Source of the DNA: Vulcanimicrobiota bacterium
Lineage (GTDB): Bacteria > Vulcanimicrobiota > Xenobia > Xenobiales > JADMJV01
Length of the DNA stretch: 64,000 nucleotides
Direction of reading: 5' to 3'
Assembly (NCBI GenBank): GCA_050250895.1
Contig: JBFWNU010000006.1
Span: forward strand, 529,902-593,901
Below are positions 46,948-56,763 of the stretch, one piece after another. Numbering within the stretch: position 1 is the stretch's first letter; the number at the start of each line of letters is the position of its first letter. A program made the position numbers and the translations under genes. A model generated the notes under the pieces. The model ran no database searches and was not told the origin of the DNA. It was given only the letters and a program-made list of their open reading frames with translations.

Positions 46948-48030
46948 CTAGGGCCTGCTGGGGTCGAGCGCGATGCCTCCGGCGCCGGACAGGTTGGTAT
47001 TGCTGCCCTCGATGCGACGATCGGGAAAGGGGTTGCCGTTAGCCGAGGCGATTTCGTCAAACACCAGAATCGAGTTCTGGCTGGCCACATACAGACTCCC
47101 GCTCGCGTCGAGCAAGATCTGTCCAGGGATAGCCAGCTGGGTATTACTGCCCTCGACGGCCGCATCAGGGGCCACGTCGCCGTCAAGGGTCGAGAAAGAG
47201 TCAAAGCGCAAGATCGCCGCCAGGCCCGTGTCGGCTACATACAGGCTACCGTCGCCGTCAAGGGCTAACGAGACCGCTGCGTTGAGGCGAGTATTGCCCC
47301 CGGTCACCCGCCGGGTGGGAAAAGGATTACCCACGGCGGTGCTCGCGCCGTCGAAGCTTAGAATGGAATTGCCGTTGGCCACGATCAAACGATCGCTGGC
47401 CTCGTCGAGCAACATGCCCTGGTTACCGGCCAGTTGAGTGCTGACGCCCTGGATGATCCGGTCGGGTACGACATTGCCTTCGACCGTGGACGCGCTCTCG
47501 AACACGAGAAGGTTGGAGGCGCCGGTGTTGGACACATAGAGCAGGTCGCGACTGATATCGACCTGGACATGAGTCGGACTGGCGAACCCGGTGTTGGTGC
47601 CACTGAGAATCCGGACGGGGGCGACATTTCCGACCAGGGTGTCGGGGTCCGAGAACACGATCACCGAATTGCCGGTGGTGTTGGTCACATAGAGCCGGTT
47701 GTTGGTCGTGTCGAGAAACAGAAAGGCCGGGCCTGAAAGGTTGGTCAAGCCTCCAGCCACCGGGGTCGTCGAGGCCTCGTCGCCGTCGAGGCTGGACACT
47801 CCCTCGAAGCGAAACCAGCTGCTAGAAAGGGTATTGCTGACATAGAGCAAGCCGCTACCCGAAGAGCCAGAACCAGAGTCGTCAGAGTCTTCGTCGCCGG
47901 GGCAGGGACCAAATCCCCGATGATTGTGGCCGCACAGACACCCGGTGAGCAGGCAAACCACCAGAGCAGCCAGCAAAAACACGTAAGCCCCGCCGCGAGA
48001 CGGGGCTTGGCCGGGTCTTCGAACAAACAC
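46948..48030 (-). CDS. putative lipoprotein with beta-propeller repeats
   Basis: LLTGC lipobox-like motif; repeats of GNxxPxRxIxGxNTxL. Confidence 0.75.
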   Translation of the reverse strand: MFVRRPGQAPSRGGAYVFLLAALVVCLLTGCLCGHNHRGFGPCPGDEDSDDSGSGSSGSGLLYVSNTLSSSWFRFEGVSSLDGDEASTTPVAGGLTNLSGPAFLFLDTTNNRLYVTNTTGNSVIVFSDPDTLVGNVAPVRILSGTNTGFASPTHVQVDISRDLLYVSNTGASNLLVFESASTVEGNVVPDRIIQGVSTQLAGNQGMLLDEASDRLIVANGNSILSFDGASTAVGNPFPTRRVTGGNTRLNAAVSLALDGDGSLYVADTGLAAILRFDSFSTLDGDVAPDAAVEGSNTQLAIPGQILLDASGSLYVASQNSILVFDEIASANGNPFPDRRIEGSNTNLSGAGGIALDPSRP

Positions 48031-48290
48031 TAGTTGAGGTAGACTTTCTCTCCGTTTGGTGTGTTCCAGACATGGTTTTGCGAGAACGAGGCAGCCGGCA
48101 CGGCCACCTTCTTCTCGCGCAGCGTCGGGCGAAGTTCTTCAATGACCTCGCCCAATTCAGGAGCCGTGAAACCGTGCTTGGCACGGCCACGATTCAAAGC
48201 CTCTCGGAGGGCCTTTCGGTCTTGCATGATGGCAATTCCGAGACCCCAAAGCAACATACCCAACAATAGAATTAGGCCAATCAACCGCAA
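48030..48290 (-). CDS. small membrane-anchored hypothetical protein
   Basis: N-terminal TM; coupled to the downstream gene. Confidence 0.6.
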   Translation of the reverse strand: MRLIGLILLLGMLLWGLGIAIMQDRKALREALNRGRAKHGFTAPELGEVIEELRPTLREKKVAVPAASFSQNHVWNTPNGEKVYLN

Positions 48291-48406
48291 CTCCTAAATT
48301 GTTTCCGATCTGTTAACTACTTCTATCTTCGAAGCCTGGCTCCCTTTTCGAGGGAAATTCACTATATACAGGGAAAAGACGGGAAACTTTCTGGGAAGGA
48401 GCGGGA

Positions 48407-49099
48407 ATGAGCTGGCGATACGTCATTTTTGGGCTGACTTTTCTCTTCACGCTCCAGTTGATTCTGGTCAGCGCCGTGGCTGTCCAGCCCGCCCGGGCCG
48501 CGCAGCGCGAACACATGCCCAAAGCGGTTTCACAGTTGATCGATCTCATCGCTAACTCATCGGCCGGTCTCTATCAGCCCTTAGGCGGTGAGGTGGCCGA
48601 GGCTCCGCCCGAGCCGGCACCCGTCCCGGCCCAGGTTGAAGTGGTCGAACTAGACAAAGTCATCGCCGATGCGGCCGGTCGCTACGGTGTGGACCCGCTG
48701 TTGGTCGAAGTGGTCATCTGGCACGAGTCGGGATTCAACCCCTACGCTCTCTCCAAGCAGGGCGCCATGGGCCTGATGCAACTTATGCCCGAAACGGCCG
48801 AACTGCTTGGCCTGGAAGACCCGTGGGACCCGATTCAGAACGTCGAGGGTGGGACTCGCTATCTGGCCGACCAGCTCTATCGCTTCGGCGACCTGAGTCT
48901 GGCCCTGGCCGCCTACAACGCTGGCCCGGGGGCGGTGCTCAAGTACGGTGGCGTTCCCCCCTACCCCGAGACAGTCAACTATGTCGACAGCATCCTGGCC
49001 GAGTATCAAAGCATTAAAGCCGAGCAAGCCCGCCAGGCGGCCGTCACCGAGCATGCGGTGACCAGCTCCTTAGAGCTCGTGCCCGAGCCCTCCGAGTGA
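48407..49099 (+). CDS. lytic transglycosylase (SLT)
   Basis: HESGFNP, GAMGLMQLMP, ALAAYNAGPG, ETVNYV. Confidence 0.93.
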   Translation: MSWRYVIFGLTFLFTLQLILVSAVAVQPARAAQREHMPKAVSQLIDLIANSSAGLYQPLGGEVAEAPPEPAPVPAQVEVVELDKVIADAAGRYGVDPLLVEVVIWHESGFNPYALSKQGAMGLMQLMPETAELLGLEDPWDPIQNVEGGTRYLADQLYRFGDLSLALAAYNAGPGAVLKYGGVPPYPETVNYVDSILAEYQSIKAEQARQAAVTEHAVTSSLELVPEPSE

Positions 49100-49179
49100 A
49101 GAAGGGAAAGGGCCTCGCGCTATAGTATAGTGCTTGCTTGGTCCCCCGATGGCCCCAACTATGTTAAAGGAGAAACGTC

Positions 49180-49662
49180 GTGCCTGAAGAGCCTATCCCA
49201 ATGACCGAAGAAGGTTACCAAATGTACAAGGAGAAGCTCCACCGCCTCAGGACGGTCGAGCGCGCCAACGTGGCCGAGCGCATCCGCCAGGCCAAAGAGT
49301 TCGGCGATATCTCCGATAACGCTGAATACGAGTCGGCCAAGTCCGATCAGGCCTTCGTCGAAGGTGAGATCATCCAACTCGAGCGCCTGCTTTCCCGGGC
49401 CCAGATCATCGACCGTCGCGAGCTTTCCACCAGTGAAGTTCACCTCGGCTCGACCGTCGAGATCCAGGATCAGACCACCAAAGAGAAGTTCTCGGTAACC
49501 GTGGTCGGCACCACCGAGGCGGATGTCGAAAAAGGACGGATTTCCAACGAATCCGCCGTCGGAGCCGCCTTGATCGATCAAAAGAAGGGCGCCGTGGTCG
49601 ATGTGAAGACTCCCGGCGGCCCGGCCAAATACAAGATCCTCAAGATCGAGGCCCTGATCTAA
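49180..49662 (+). CDS. greA: transcription elongation factor GreA
   Basis: MTEEGY, AKEFGDISDNAEYESAK, ISNESAVG. Confidence 0.95.
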   Translation: MPEEPIPMTEEGYQMYKEKLHRLRTVERANVAERIRQAKEFGDISDNAEYESAKSDQAFVEGEIIQLERLLSRAQIIDRRELSTSEVHLGSTVEIQDQTTKEKFSVTVVGTTEADVEKGRISNESAVGAALIDQKKGAVVDVKTPGGPAKYKILKIEALI

Positions 49663-49672
49663 GTATCCGGTG

Positions 49673-50014
49673 CTAAGGGCCCAGCAAGCCGTCGGTCTTG
49701 GCCGCAGCGATAAAATCGTTGCGGTGTAGCCCTTTAATCTTGTGAGTCCACCACTCTACGGTCACCACTCCCCACTCGGTCACGAGGCGGGGGTGGTGAT
49801 TTTCACGTTCGGCCAGGGCTCCCACCTGGTTCGTGAAGTCGAGAGCGGCCACGAAATTCTTGAACTTGAAAGTGCGCTGCAGCCGCTCGATGCCATCCAC
49901 CGTCACCACCGCCCACTCGGGCACCTGAGCAGAAAGTTGCTGGCGCTCTTCGCCGGTCACCTGGGGAGCGTCGGCCCGACAGGCCTGGCATTGTTGGCTG
50001 GTAAGATCTTGCAT
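49673..50014 (-). CDS. phhB: pterin-4-alpha-carbinolamine dehydratase
   Basis: [35 protein letters not shown]; true start MQDLTS. Confidence 0.92.
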   Translation of the reverse strand: MQDLTSQQCQACRADAPQVTGEERQQLSAQVPEWAVVTVDGIERLQRTFKFKNFVAALDFTNQVGALAERENHHPRLVTEWGVVTVEWWTHKIKGLHRNDFIAAAKTDGLLGP

Positions 50015-50702
50015 GAAGAGGGCTTCTGGAGTCGTGGCTGACGGGCCTGCCGATTCCCGACGCTGGCTCGACCGCCATACCGTCGAGCTTTTACGCCCGG
50101 AGCGACCCCGCAGTCCGGCCTTGCGCCTGCTCGACTGCGACGGCCAACGGATGGTGGCCAAAACCTTTTTGAATTCGCCGACCTGGTATCGCGAGACGGT
50201 AGGTCGCTTCATGCTGGCCCGAGAGCAGGCGATCCTGGCAAGCCTGCAAACGGCCCACGGAGTGCCCCGACTCTTCGGTGGCGCCCACCAGGGTCTGTTA
50301 CTGATGGAGCATATCCAGGGGCAGCCCATCGAACAACTCCAGCCTGGGCAGTTGCCTTTCGAGGCCCTCGAACAAGCCCGCCGACTACTCGAGCAGGTGC
50401 ACGCCGCCGGCGTCGCCCACTGCGATCTCGGCCACGACTTCACCGGGGATTTCGGCCGTGAGACCAACCTGATGTGGGATGGAAAACGGCTGGTGCTGCT
50501 GGACTTTGCCGGCTCGATGCGGGCCTGGCCCACCCCGGCCGGTCGCTGGTTCCACGAGGCTATGAAGAACCACGATCGGCTCTTGCTGACCAAACTGGTG
50601 TGCCGCTTCTTTCCCGAGGTCGAACGCCACCCGTTCCTGGACCTTCCCACCACTTTCCCGGCCGCTCACTGGAAGCTGTGGCGCCTGCTGGGCAAGATCT
50701 AA
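50013..50702 (+). CDS. atypical kinase-like protein (Kdo/RIO-like)
   Basis: VAK, REQAIL, GVPRL, LMEHI, GVAHCDL..N..LLDFA; start uncertain. Confidence 0.7.
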   Translation: MKRASGVVADGPADSRRWLDRHTVELLRPERPRSPALRLLDCDGQRMVAKTFLNSPTWYRETVGRFMLAREQAILASLQTAHGVPRLFGGAHQGLLLMEHIQGQPIEQLQPGQLPFEALEQARRLLEQVHAAGVAHCDLGHDFTGDFGRETNLMWDGKRLVLLDFAGSMRAWPTPAGRWFHEAMKNHDRLLLTKLVCRFFPEVERHPFLDLPTTFPAAHWKLWRLLGKI

Positions 50703-51322
50703 GGCTTACTCAGCTCTGCGAACGTCTTGTCCTGGATGGAGTATTTCTCCCAGCCCAGATAGTCAAAATGCCACCACTCTTCCGGCAGATTCTTGAAGCC
50801 GTGGGTCTCCATGGCTTTCTTTAAAATGGCTCGATGCAGCCGCTGCTGGTGGGTGCCCCCGTTATAATCAGCGTGGGCCCGGCGACTGAAGTCGTCATAC
50901 TCCGATGGCATGGCCACCTGTTTGCCCGTCTTGAGGTCGACCATGGTGAGATCGACGGCGCACCCTCGATTGTGACGTGACCCCTTCTTGGGGTCGGCCA
51001 CATAGGCATGCTTTTCAGGCGGGGTGCGCTCCCACATCAACCTGGTCACGCGCCAGGGGCGATACCCGTCAAAGATCGCCAGGCCGTAGCCCTGCTTGCG
51101 CAGTTCGTCATGGGCGGCTTTGAGGGCTTGCGCCGCGGGGCGCTGCAAGAACGCCCGTGCCTCTTCATAGACAGGAAAGCCGAGAAAGTTGTCCGAGCGG
51201 GCATAGTGGATGTCGAGCTGCAGCCGCGGGTCCACTTTGATTAGCTCGACCAGGTCGCTGGTGGCCGGCTCGGCCAGGGCCGTCCCGGTGAGCACCAGTA
51301 AGAGCAGACAGAGATCGCGCAT
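50699..51322 (-). CDS. D-alanyl-D-alanine dipeptidase (M15D) with signal peptide
   Basis: FDGYRP, SRHNRGCAVDLT, EEWWHFDY. Confidence 0.92.
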   Translation of the reverse strand: MRDLCLLLLVLTGTALAEPATSDLVELIKVDPRLQLDIHYARSDNFLGFPVYEEARAFLQRPAAQALKAAHDELRKQGYGLAIFDGYRPWRVTRLMWERTPPEKHAYVADPKKGSRHNRGCAVDLTMVDLKTGKQVAMPSEYDDFSRRAHADYNGGTHQQRLHRAILKKAMETHGFKNLPEEWWHFDYLGWEKYSIQDKTFAELSKP

Positions 51323-51370
51323 CTGACCGATTTCGGAGGTCGGCGCCCCTCCCCTCCAGAAAGCTCGGGA

Positions 51371-51781
51371 ATGGAATGTCCTCGCTGCGGCCAGGATCTT
51401 ATGCCGGTCAGGGTGTCGACCGTCTCGGTGGAGTTTTGTCCCCGCTGTGAGGGCACCTGGTACGACCAGGAAGAACTCGAGACGGTGCTGGCTTTACCCG
51501 ACCTTCGCCTCTCTCATCTGCGCCCAGCCCTCGCTCCCAATCGACAACCCGCCGTGGGCAACCAGCACCTGGAACGCCCGGTGGCCTGCCCTCGCTGCGG
51601 TCGCACCTTGATTCGCGAGCACTACGGCACCGGGTGCCAGGTCGAGGTCGACCGCTGTCCGGCCCACGGCATCTGGCTCGACGACGGCGAACTAGGCGAG
51701 TTGTTGGAGCATCACGAGTCTATCGAGCAAGACGCGCCTCAGGGCTTCCTCGACTATCTGCGTGGCCTGCTGTCGAGCTAG
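51371..51781 (+). CDS. tandem zf-TFIIB domain protein
   Basis: two CPxC..CPxx.G.W.DxxEL units. Confidence 0.85.
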   Translation: MECPRCGQDLMPVRVSTVSVEFCPRCEGTWYDQEELETVLALPDLRLSHLRPALAPNRQPAVGNQHLERPVACPRCGRTLIREHYGTGCQVEVDRCPAHGIWLDDGELGELLEHHESIEQDAPQGFLDYLRGLLSS

Positions 51782-51849
51782 CTCTCGGGCGGGGCACGTT
51801 GATCGAAGCCCAGTTGGTGAGGCTCGTCAGTGGGCGCTTGAGAGAATAA

Positions 51850-51953
51850 ACCGCGGAGATAAGGAGGGCACGGAGAGGGTCGCGGGCGGGCTCCACCCTC
51901 CAGCGGCTCCTACCTCTCAGCGACCACCGCGTCCTCCTTTGATCTCCGCGGTG
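51850..51953. repeat. long imperfect palindrome (REP-like)
   Basis: ACCGCGGAGAT.AGGAGG..GGTCGC paired with GCGACC..TCCTCCT..ATCTCCGCGGT; a related half-site at 62279-62308. Confidence 0.6.
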
Positions 51954-52030
51954 AAAGTCCAGCCACCGCCGCCTCCTCCCGAAGAGGCATCCACCCAGCC
52001 CGAGCAGAAGGCGCCGGCATGCTTAGCGTG

Positions 52031-52930
52031 ATGAAAACCCAACCCATTTCAACCCTCGTAGACCAGCTGCCCGACAAGAGCCTGACGGTGACGCTGCTCA
52101 AGGCCCTCGACTTCGTCGTGCCTGGTCAGTGGACCAACCGCACCAATTTCAACGACATGGTGCGCGAGGTCACTCAGGATGACCGGCAAGGGCGGATCGA
52201 GGCCATTGCCAACTATGCCGACCAGATCTACCAGGAGGGCGAGCGGGGGGCTCAACGGGCAATGTGGCTCTATCAGACGGTCGACTCCACCGACAAGCTG
52301 TTGGCGGCCGCTGGAATGATGAACCGGTTGGGCGACAAGATCGGTTTTCTTTCCTTTCTAGAGAAGCTTACGCCCAAGCCGGACACGGCCCAGTCACTCG
52401 ACCTGGCCCTGAAGCTGGCGGCCGAAATGCTGGCCTTCTGCTTTATGCGGGGTATCTCCACCGAAAGCGCCGGGGCTTTCATCGCCAGCCTTTCCGAGGT
52501 CGACAACGAGGCAGCCATGCGGATGGCATGTCTGGTCTGTCTCGACGGCTTGATTCCACTGGGGCCTGACTTCGTCACCAGGGTCGACGACGTGCTCAAA
52601 GGCGCCAACTCGTCGACGGTCGAGAAGAATCCTGTCTTCAACAAGATCGGCAGCCTGTTGCCGGGCAACTCCACCACCCAGCGGCTGGGCTTTGTGCGCG
52701 ACGTCTTCGCGGGGGCCGGCGGCTGGATGAAGAATCTGCAATCTTCCAAGAACCTGACTCGGGACGGTCTGATGGGCAAGCTCAAGGGCGTGGCCGCCTT
52801 CTCGGACGACAAGCTCGACTATGTGGGCGCCTTTCTCGATGCCAGCACCAACTACATGGAGCACACCGGCACCCAGACCGTGGCTCGCTACGTGGTCGGG
52901 CAGGCCTGTGAACGCTTCGTTCAATCTTGA
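52031..52930 (+). CDS. conserved hypothetical protein
   Basis: long ORF with globular composition (LxALDFVVPGQW, DGLIPLGPDF, TNYMEHTGTQTVAR). Confidence 0.75.
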   Translation: MKTQPISTLVDQLPDKSLTVTLLKALDFVVPGQWTNRTNFNDMVREVTQDDRQGRIEAIANYADQIYQEGERGAQRAMWLYQTVDSTDKLLAAAGMMNRLGDKIGFLSFLEKLTPKPDTAQSLDLALKLAAEMLAFCFMRGISTESAGAFIASLSEVDNEAAMRMACLVCLDGLIPLGPDFVTRVDDVLKGANSSTVEKNPVFNKIGSLLPGNSTTQRLGFVRDVFAGAGGWMKNLQSSKNLTRDGLMGKLKGVAAFSDDKLDYVGAFLDASTNYMEHTGTQTVARYVVGQACERFVQS

Positions 52931-55512
52931 GGGATCAGCTGACCCAGCGTCTGGTTGGTCTGGTCGAGGTAGCGCCCGGCTACTTCGGTCAGAGCCTCGG
53001 GCGTGACCGATTCCATCCGCTCGAGATCGGTCTCGATGTGGGTCCAGTCGTCCACGGCGGCATAGCTGCCCACCAGGGTGGCTAACTCCTCGGCGTCGTC
53101 TTGCTTCATGATGTAGTCGGCCTGCCATTGACGGCGAACTTTGGCCAGTTCTTCGGCCTCGACCGGCTCGGTCTTGAGCCCCTCGAGGATGCCTTCGACC
53201 GCCTCGATGACCTCTTCGGGGTCTTGTTCGAGCGAGTATTCTACGCCGATGTAGAACAAGCCCGGATCGAAGATGACCGGGTCGTAGTAGCTCCAGGCAT
53301 TGAGGGCGAGCTCGCGGTCGAGCACCAGCTCGCGAGTCAGACGCGAACTCGAGCCCTCGGCCAGGATATTCGAGAGCAACTCGAGGGCGTAGCGGTCGGG
53401 GTGGCTCAGATTGGGCACGTGATAGCCCAGCATGATCGAGCCGTAGCCGGCCTCCTTGTTGACCTGATAGCGCTTAGGGCCCAGTTGGGCGGGCTCGCGA
53501 GTGATGACCGGTTCTACCGGGGGCTGAGCCGGGATGTCGCCGAAAAGGCTATGAGCCCAATCAGCCACCCGGGCCGCCTCGACATCGCCGGTGACGACCA
53601 AAATGGCGTTGTTGGGGCAATAGAAGCGTCGATGGTGGTCGAGCAGGTCGGCACTGGTGTAGCCCAGGATGTCAGACATCCAACCGATGACCGGGCGCCG
53701 ATAGGGATGGGCCGCAAACGCGGTGGCCGACATCTGCTCGAACATCAGCCCGCTGGGCGAGTCTTCGGTGCGTAGGCGGCGTTCCTCCGCCACCACTTCG
53801 CGCTCGCGCTGAAAGTCGTCTTCTTTGAAAGTCAGGGCCCGCATGCGATCAGCCTCGAGGTCGAGGGCCAGCCAGGCAGCGTCCGAGGCGATGTTGACGT
53901 AGTAGGCGGTGAAATCTTCGGTGGTAAAGGCGTTGTTGTTGCCTCCGTGCAGCGCCAAAAGCTGATCGAAGCGACCGTCAGGATAGCGTGGGCTGCCCCG
54001 AAACATCATGTGCTCGAGCATATGCGACAAGCCGCTCTTGCCTTCGGGCTCGTTGCGCGAGCCGACTCGATAGAAGAGCTGAACCGAAGCCACCGGGGCT
54101 TTGTGATTCTCGAGCACCAGCAGGCGCATTCCGTTGGTCAAGTTGGTTTCTTGAACCTGGCCCCGAGTGGTCAAGCTGGGGCTCTGCCCGCCCCGCGGCG
54201 GGGCTGGGATCTCGACCGCCTCGGGAGCCTCCCCCACCGGCCCGTTGGCCGGAGCCACCCAGCCGGCGAAGCCTTCGGGCACGGCCAACTCGAGGTCGGC
54301 GACCAGGGCCACCGCCGACCGCTCGGGCACGAAGAGCCGATTGGCCACCCGGGCCACCTCGTCGGCGGTGACCGCCCACACCCCCCGCGAGTAGTCCTCG
54401 AGACGATCTTCGGGCAGGCCGTAGAGTTCGGTCTCGATGCCTCGGGCGGCAATCTTAGGGCAGGTGTCGACATCGAGGGGATAGGCCAGCACCAGGCCCT
54501 TCTGGGCCTCTTCGAGTTCGCTGGCCGGCACCGGCTCGTGGCGGAAGCGATCCATCTCTTCATAGACCGCTTTGATGGCCCGATTGGCGAAATCGTTGCG
54601 GGTCTGCAGGCTCACTCTGAACAAACCGCGACAGCGCCCGGCCGAAAAACCGCTGCCCACCGAATAAGCCAACCCTTCGCTGGAGCGGATGCGGCGCGTC
54701 AACCGTGAGCGAAAGGCGCCCCCGAAAAGCTGATTGAGCACCAACACGGCATAATAGTCAGCATCATCGCGGCGCACCGACGGAAAGCCCATGACCACTT
54801 TGGCCTGCTCGATGGGTTTGGACTCGGTGGCCAGGGCTGGGTGCTCCAGAAAGGGCGCGTCGTCCGCCAACCGGTAGTGATTCACCACCGCCCAATCGCC
54901 AAAATGACGCTCGCACAGTGCTTCGGCTCGGGCCTGGTCGAGGTCGCCCGCCAGGCTCAGGATCGAGCCTCGCGGGCCGTAGTGGCGAGCGAAGAAGTCG
55001 CGGACCGCCCCCACCTTGAGGCCTGGCAGAGTGGCCGTGGTCCCGTCCACGGGTCGGCCGTAAGGATGCTCGGCCATCAAAGCTCGCCCGAACAGCTCGA
55101 GCACGCGGTCGCGCGGTTCGCCCTCGCGGGCCTGGGCGGCTCCCAAAGCCTCTTTCTTGAGCTTGGAAAACTCCTCGGCTTCGAGATGGGGCCGGCGCAC
55201 CAGGTCGGCCAGCATGGCGAAGCCCCAATCGAGGTCCTCGCTGAGCACGTGCAGCTCGAAGGTGCAGGCGTCGCGGCCCTGGCGCACGTGCAGGCGGGCG
55301 CCGCGACTATCGATGGCCTCGGCCACCTGATCGCGGTCGAGTTGGCCACAGCCACGGTCGAGCAGAGCCGAGGTGAGCGAGGCCAGCCCGGCCTGCTCGG
55401 GCGGCTCCTGAGCCGTCCCCGCCGGCAAGGCCAGGGCCAATACCACATAAGGTATCGCGTGATAAGAGGCCAGGCGAACCGCCAGACCATTTTGCATCTG
55501 CCATCGCGACAT
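52921..55512 (-). CDS. M16 (pitrilysin-family) peptidase, two subunits fused with the catalytic half C-terminal
   Basis: N-half GLASLTSALL (no HxxEH) with RxxxGLAY; C-half GLSHMLEHMMFRG, NAFT, EREVVAEER. Confidence 0.9.
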   Translation of the reverse strand: MSRWQMQNGLAVRLASYHAIPYVVLALALPAGTAQEPPEQAGLASLTSALLDRGCGQLDRDQVAEAIDSRGARLHVRQGRDACTFELHVLSEDLDWGFAMLADLVRRPHLEAEEFSKLKKEALGAAQAREGEPRDRVLELFGRALMAEHPYGRPVDGTTATLPGLKVGAVRDFFARHYGPRGSILSLAGDLDQARAEALCERHFGDWAVVNHYRLADDAPFLEHPALATESKPIEQAKVVMGFPSVRRDDADYYAVLVLNQLFGGAFRSRLTRRIRSSEGLAYSVGSGFSAGRCRGLFRVSLQTRNDFANRAIKAVYEEMDRFRHEPVPASELEEAQKGLVLAYPLDVDTCPKIAARGIETELYGLPEDRLEDYSRGVWAVTADEVARVANRLFVPERSAVALVADLELAVPEGFAGWVAPANGPVGEAPEAVEIPAPPRGGQSPSLTTRGQVQETNLTNGMRLLVLENHKAPVASVQLFYRVGSRNEPEGKSGLSHMLEHMMFRGSPRYPDGRFDQLLALHGGNNNAFTTEDFTAYYVNIASDAAWLALDLEADRMRALTFKEDDFQREREVVAEERRLRTEDSPSGLMFEQMSATAFAAHPYRRPVIGWMSDILGYTSADLLDHHRRFYCPNNAILVVTGDVEAARVADWAHSLFGDIPAQPPVEPVITREPAQLGPKRYQVNKEAGYGSIMLGYHVPNLSHPDRYALELLSNILAEGSSSRLTRELVLDRELALNAWSYYDPVIFDPGLFYIGVEYSLEQDPEEVIEAVEGILEGLKTEPVEAEELAKVRRQWQADYIMKQDDAEELATLVGSYAAVDDWTHIETDLERMESVTPEALTEVAGRYLDQTNQTLGQLIPQD

Positions 55513-55561
55513 GCCAGGGCTATTCCAGGTTCAGCGGTGCTTCCCTCGAAGGCTTGCCCTT

Positions 55562-56152
55562 ATGTTGGACTTTCCTTCGACCTTTCGCAATCGCGAGGCA
55601 ATTCTGGCAGCGCTACGCGAGGTTTTGCCCGCCAGTGGCACCGTGCTCGAACTGGCCAGCGGCTCGGGCCAACACGCCGTCTACTTTGCTTCGGCACTGC
55701 CCGAGTTGAACTGGCAACCCAGCGACCTTGAGGCCGAGAACCTGGCCAGCATCCAAGCCTATCGGCAACACCATGGGACAGCCAACCTGCTCGAACCTGT
55801 CTGTATCGATTGCCGTGACCCGCACTGGCCGTCACTCGAGCCCGAGGCCATGGTGTGTATCAACATGGTGCACATCTCGCCCTGGGAGGCGACCCTCGGC
55901 CTGCTCAGTGGCGCGGGTCGCGCGCTGCCCCCGGGCGGACCGTTGTATCTCTACGGCGCCTATCTGCGCGACGAGGTGCCTACCGCGGCCAGCAATCTAG
56001 CTTTCGATCGCAGTCTGCGCGCCCAGAATCCGGCCTGGGGAGTCCGTCGCCTGGATGCCGTCGTGACCGAGGCCGACAAAGTGGGCCTTTCTCTCGCTCG
56101 AGTGATCGAGATGCCAGCCAACAACCTCTCGGTGGTGTTTACAAAACGATAG
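55562..56152 (+). CDS. DUF938 SAM-dependent methyltransferase
   Basis: RNREAIL, VLELASGSGQH, INMVHISPW, SNLAFDRSL, MPANN. Confidence 0.92.
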   Translation: MLDFPSTFRNREAILAALREVLPASGTVLELASGSGQHAVYFASALPELNWQPSDLEAENLASIQAYRQHHGTANLLEPVCIDCRDPHWPSLEPEAMVCINMVHISPWEATLGLLSGAGRALPPGGPLYLYGAYLRDEVPTAASNLAFDRSLRAQNPAWGVRRLDAVVTEADKVGLSLARVIEMPANNLSVVFTKR

Positions 56153-56169
56153 CCACCCGCAACGCGTTG

Positions 56170-56205
56170 TTTACATTTTTAACAAACTCGCAACACGCTA
56201 TTCAC
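56170..56205 (+). promoter_or_regulatory. direct-repeat array
   Basis: TTTAC 56170, TTAAC 56179, GCAAC 56190, TTCAC 56201. Confidence 0.5.
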
Positions 56206-56261
56206 CTTTGCCGCGCTCACCACGACTAAGCTAGTCCCAGAGAAAGAGACGAGGTGGGCGT

Positions 56262-56735
56262 GTGATTCCGAGATATTCAAGCGACGTCTCCGGGCTGGTG
56301 AGTTCGCTAGAAAAGACCTACCATGACCCGAGTGTCACCGTGGCCGAAGCCCAGAAGTTGGCTCGTAAAGCTCATCAAGAGGGCGAACTGGCCCGTCAGG
56401 CCATCGATTCCAGTGAGCAAGGTTATAAGCTGCGGCTGGAAATCGTCGACCCTCTACTGGCCCGCGAGCGCGAGATCCAGGCCCTCAAGAGCCGTCTCAA
56501 CCAGGGTGGCCCGACCCGCGCTACCGACAACTTCTGCCTGGGCAAAAGGCTGCGCGCCAAGAAGGCTGATTATGATCGCCTGCGCGCCAGCCTGGTCTGG
56601 GAAGACCTACCTCGCAAACTAAAATTCCAGTTGGCCGACTATGTGGCCGCCCGTCGCCGAGAAGTGCGTTTTGGCGACGCTGAAACGGTCCGCAAGCAGG
56701 CCGTGGCGGCACTCGAACTCAGTCGCGCGGTCTAA
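56262..56735 (+). CDS. helical hypothetical protein
   Basis: GAGG RBS; co-oriented 28 bp upstream of the Gly-rich gene. Confidence 0.7.
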   Translation: MIPRYSSDVSGLVSSLEKTYHDPSVTVAEAQKLARKAHQEGELARQAIDSSEQGYKLRLEIVDPLLAREREIQALKSRLNQGGPTRATDNFCLGKRLRAKKADYDRLRASLVWEDLPRKLKFQLADYVAARRREVRFGDAETVRKQAVAALELSRAV

Positions 56736-56763
56736 GCAACCCATCTCACAGTAGGAGTAGTGT

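Noticed and set aside
48309-48328. TTAAC/GAAAC 11-bp pair as a member of the direct-repeat regulon
   Set aside because: Abuts the start of the minus-strand gene rather than lying upstream of a promoter, so it may be chance
50015-50653. N-terminal extension of the pterin dehydratase
   Set aside because: Antisense to the kinase-like gene; family similarity starts at MQDLTS
50699-51322. vanX as part of a glycopeptide resistance cluster
   Set aside because: No vanH/vanA/vanRS neighbours, and it has a signal peptide; consistent with an ordinary cell-wall dipeptidase
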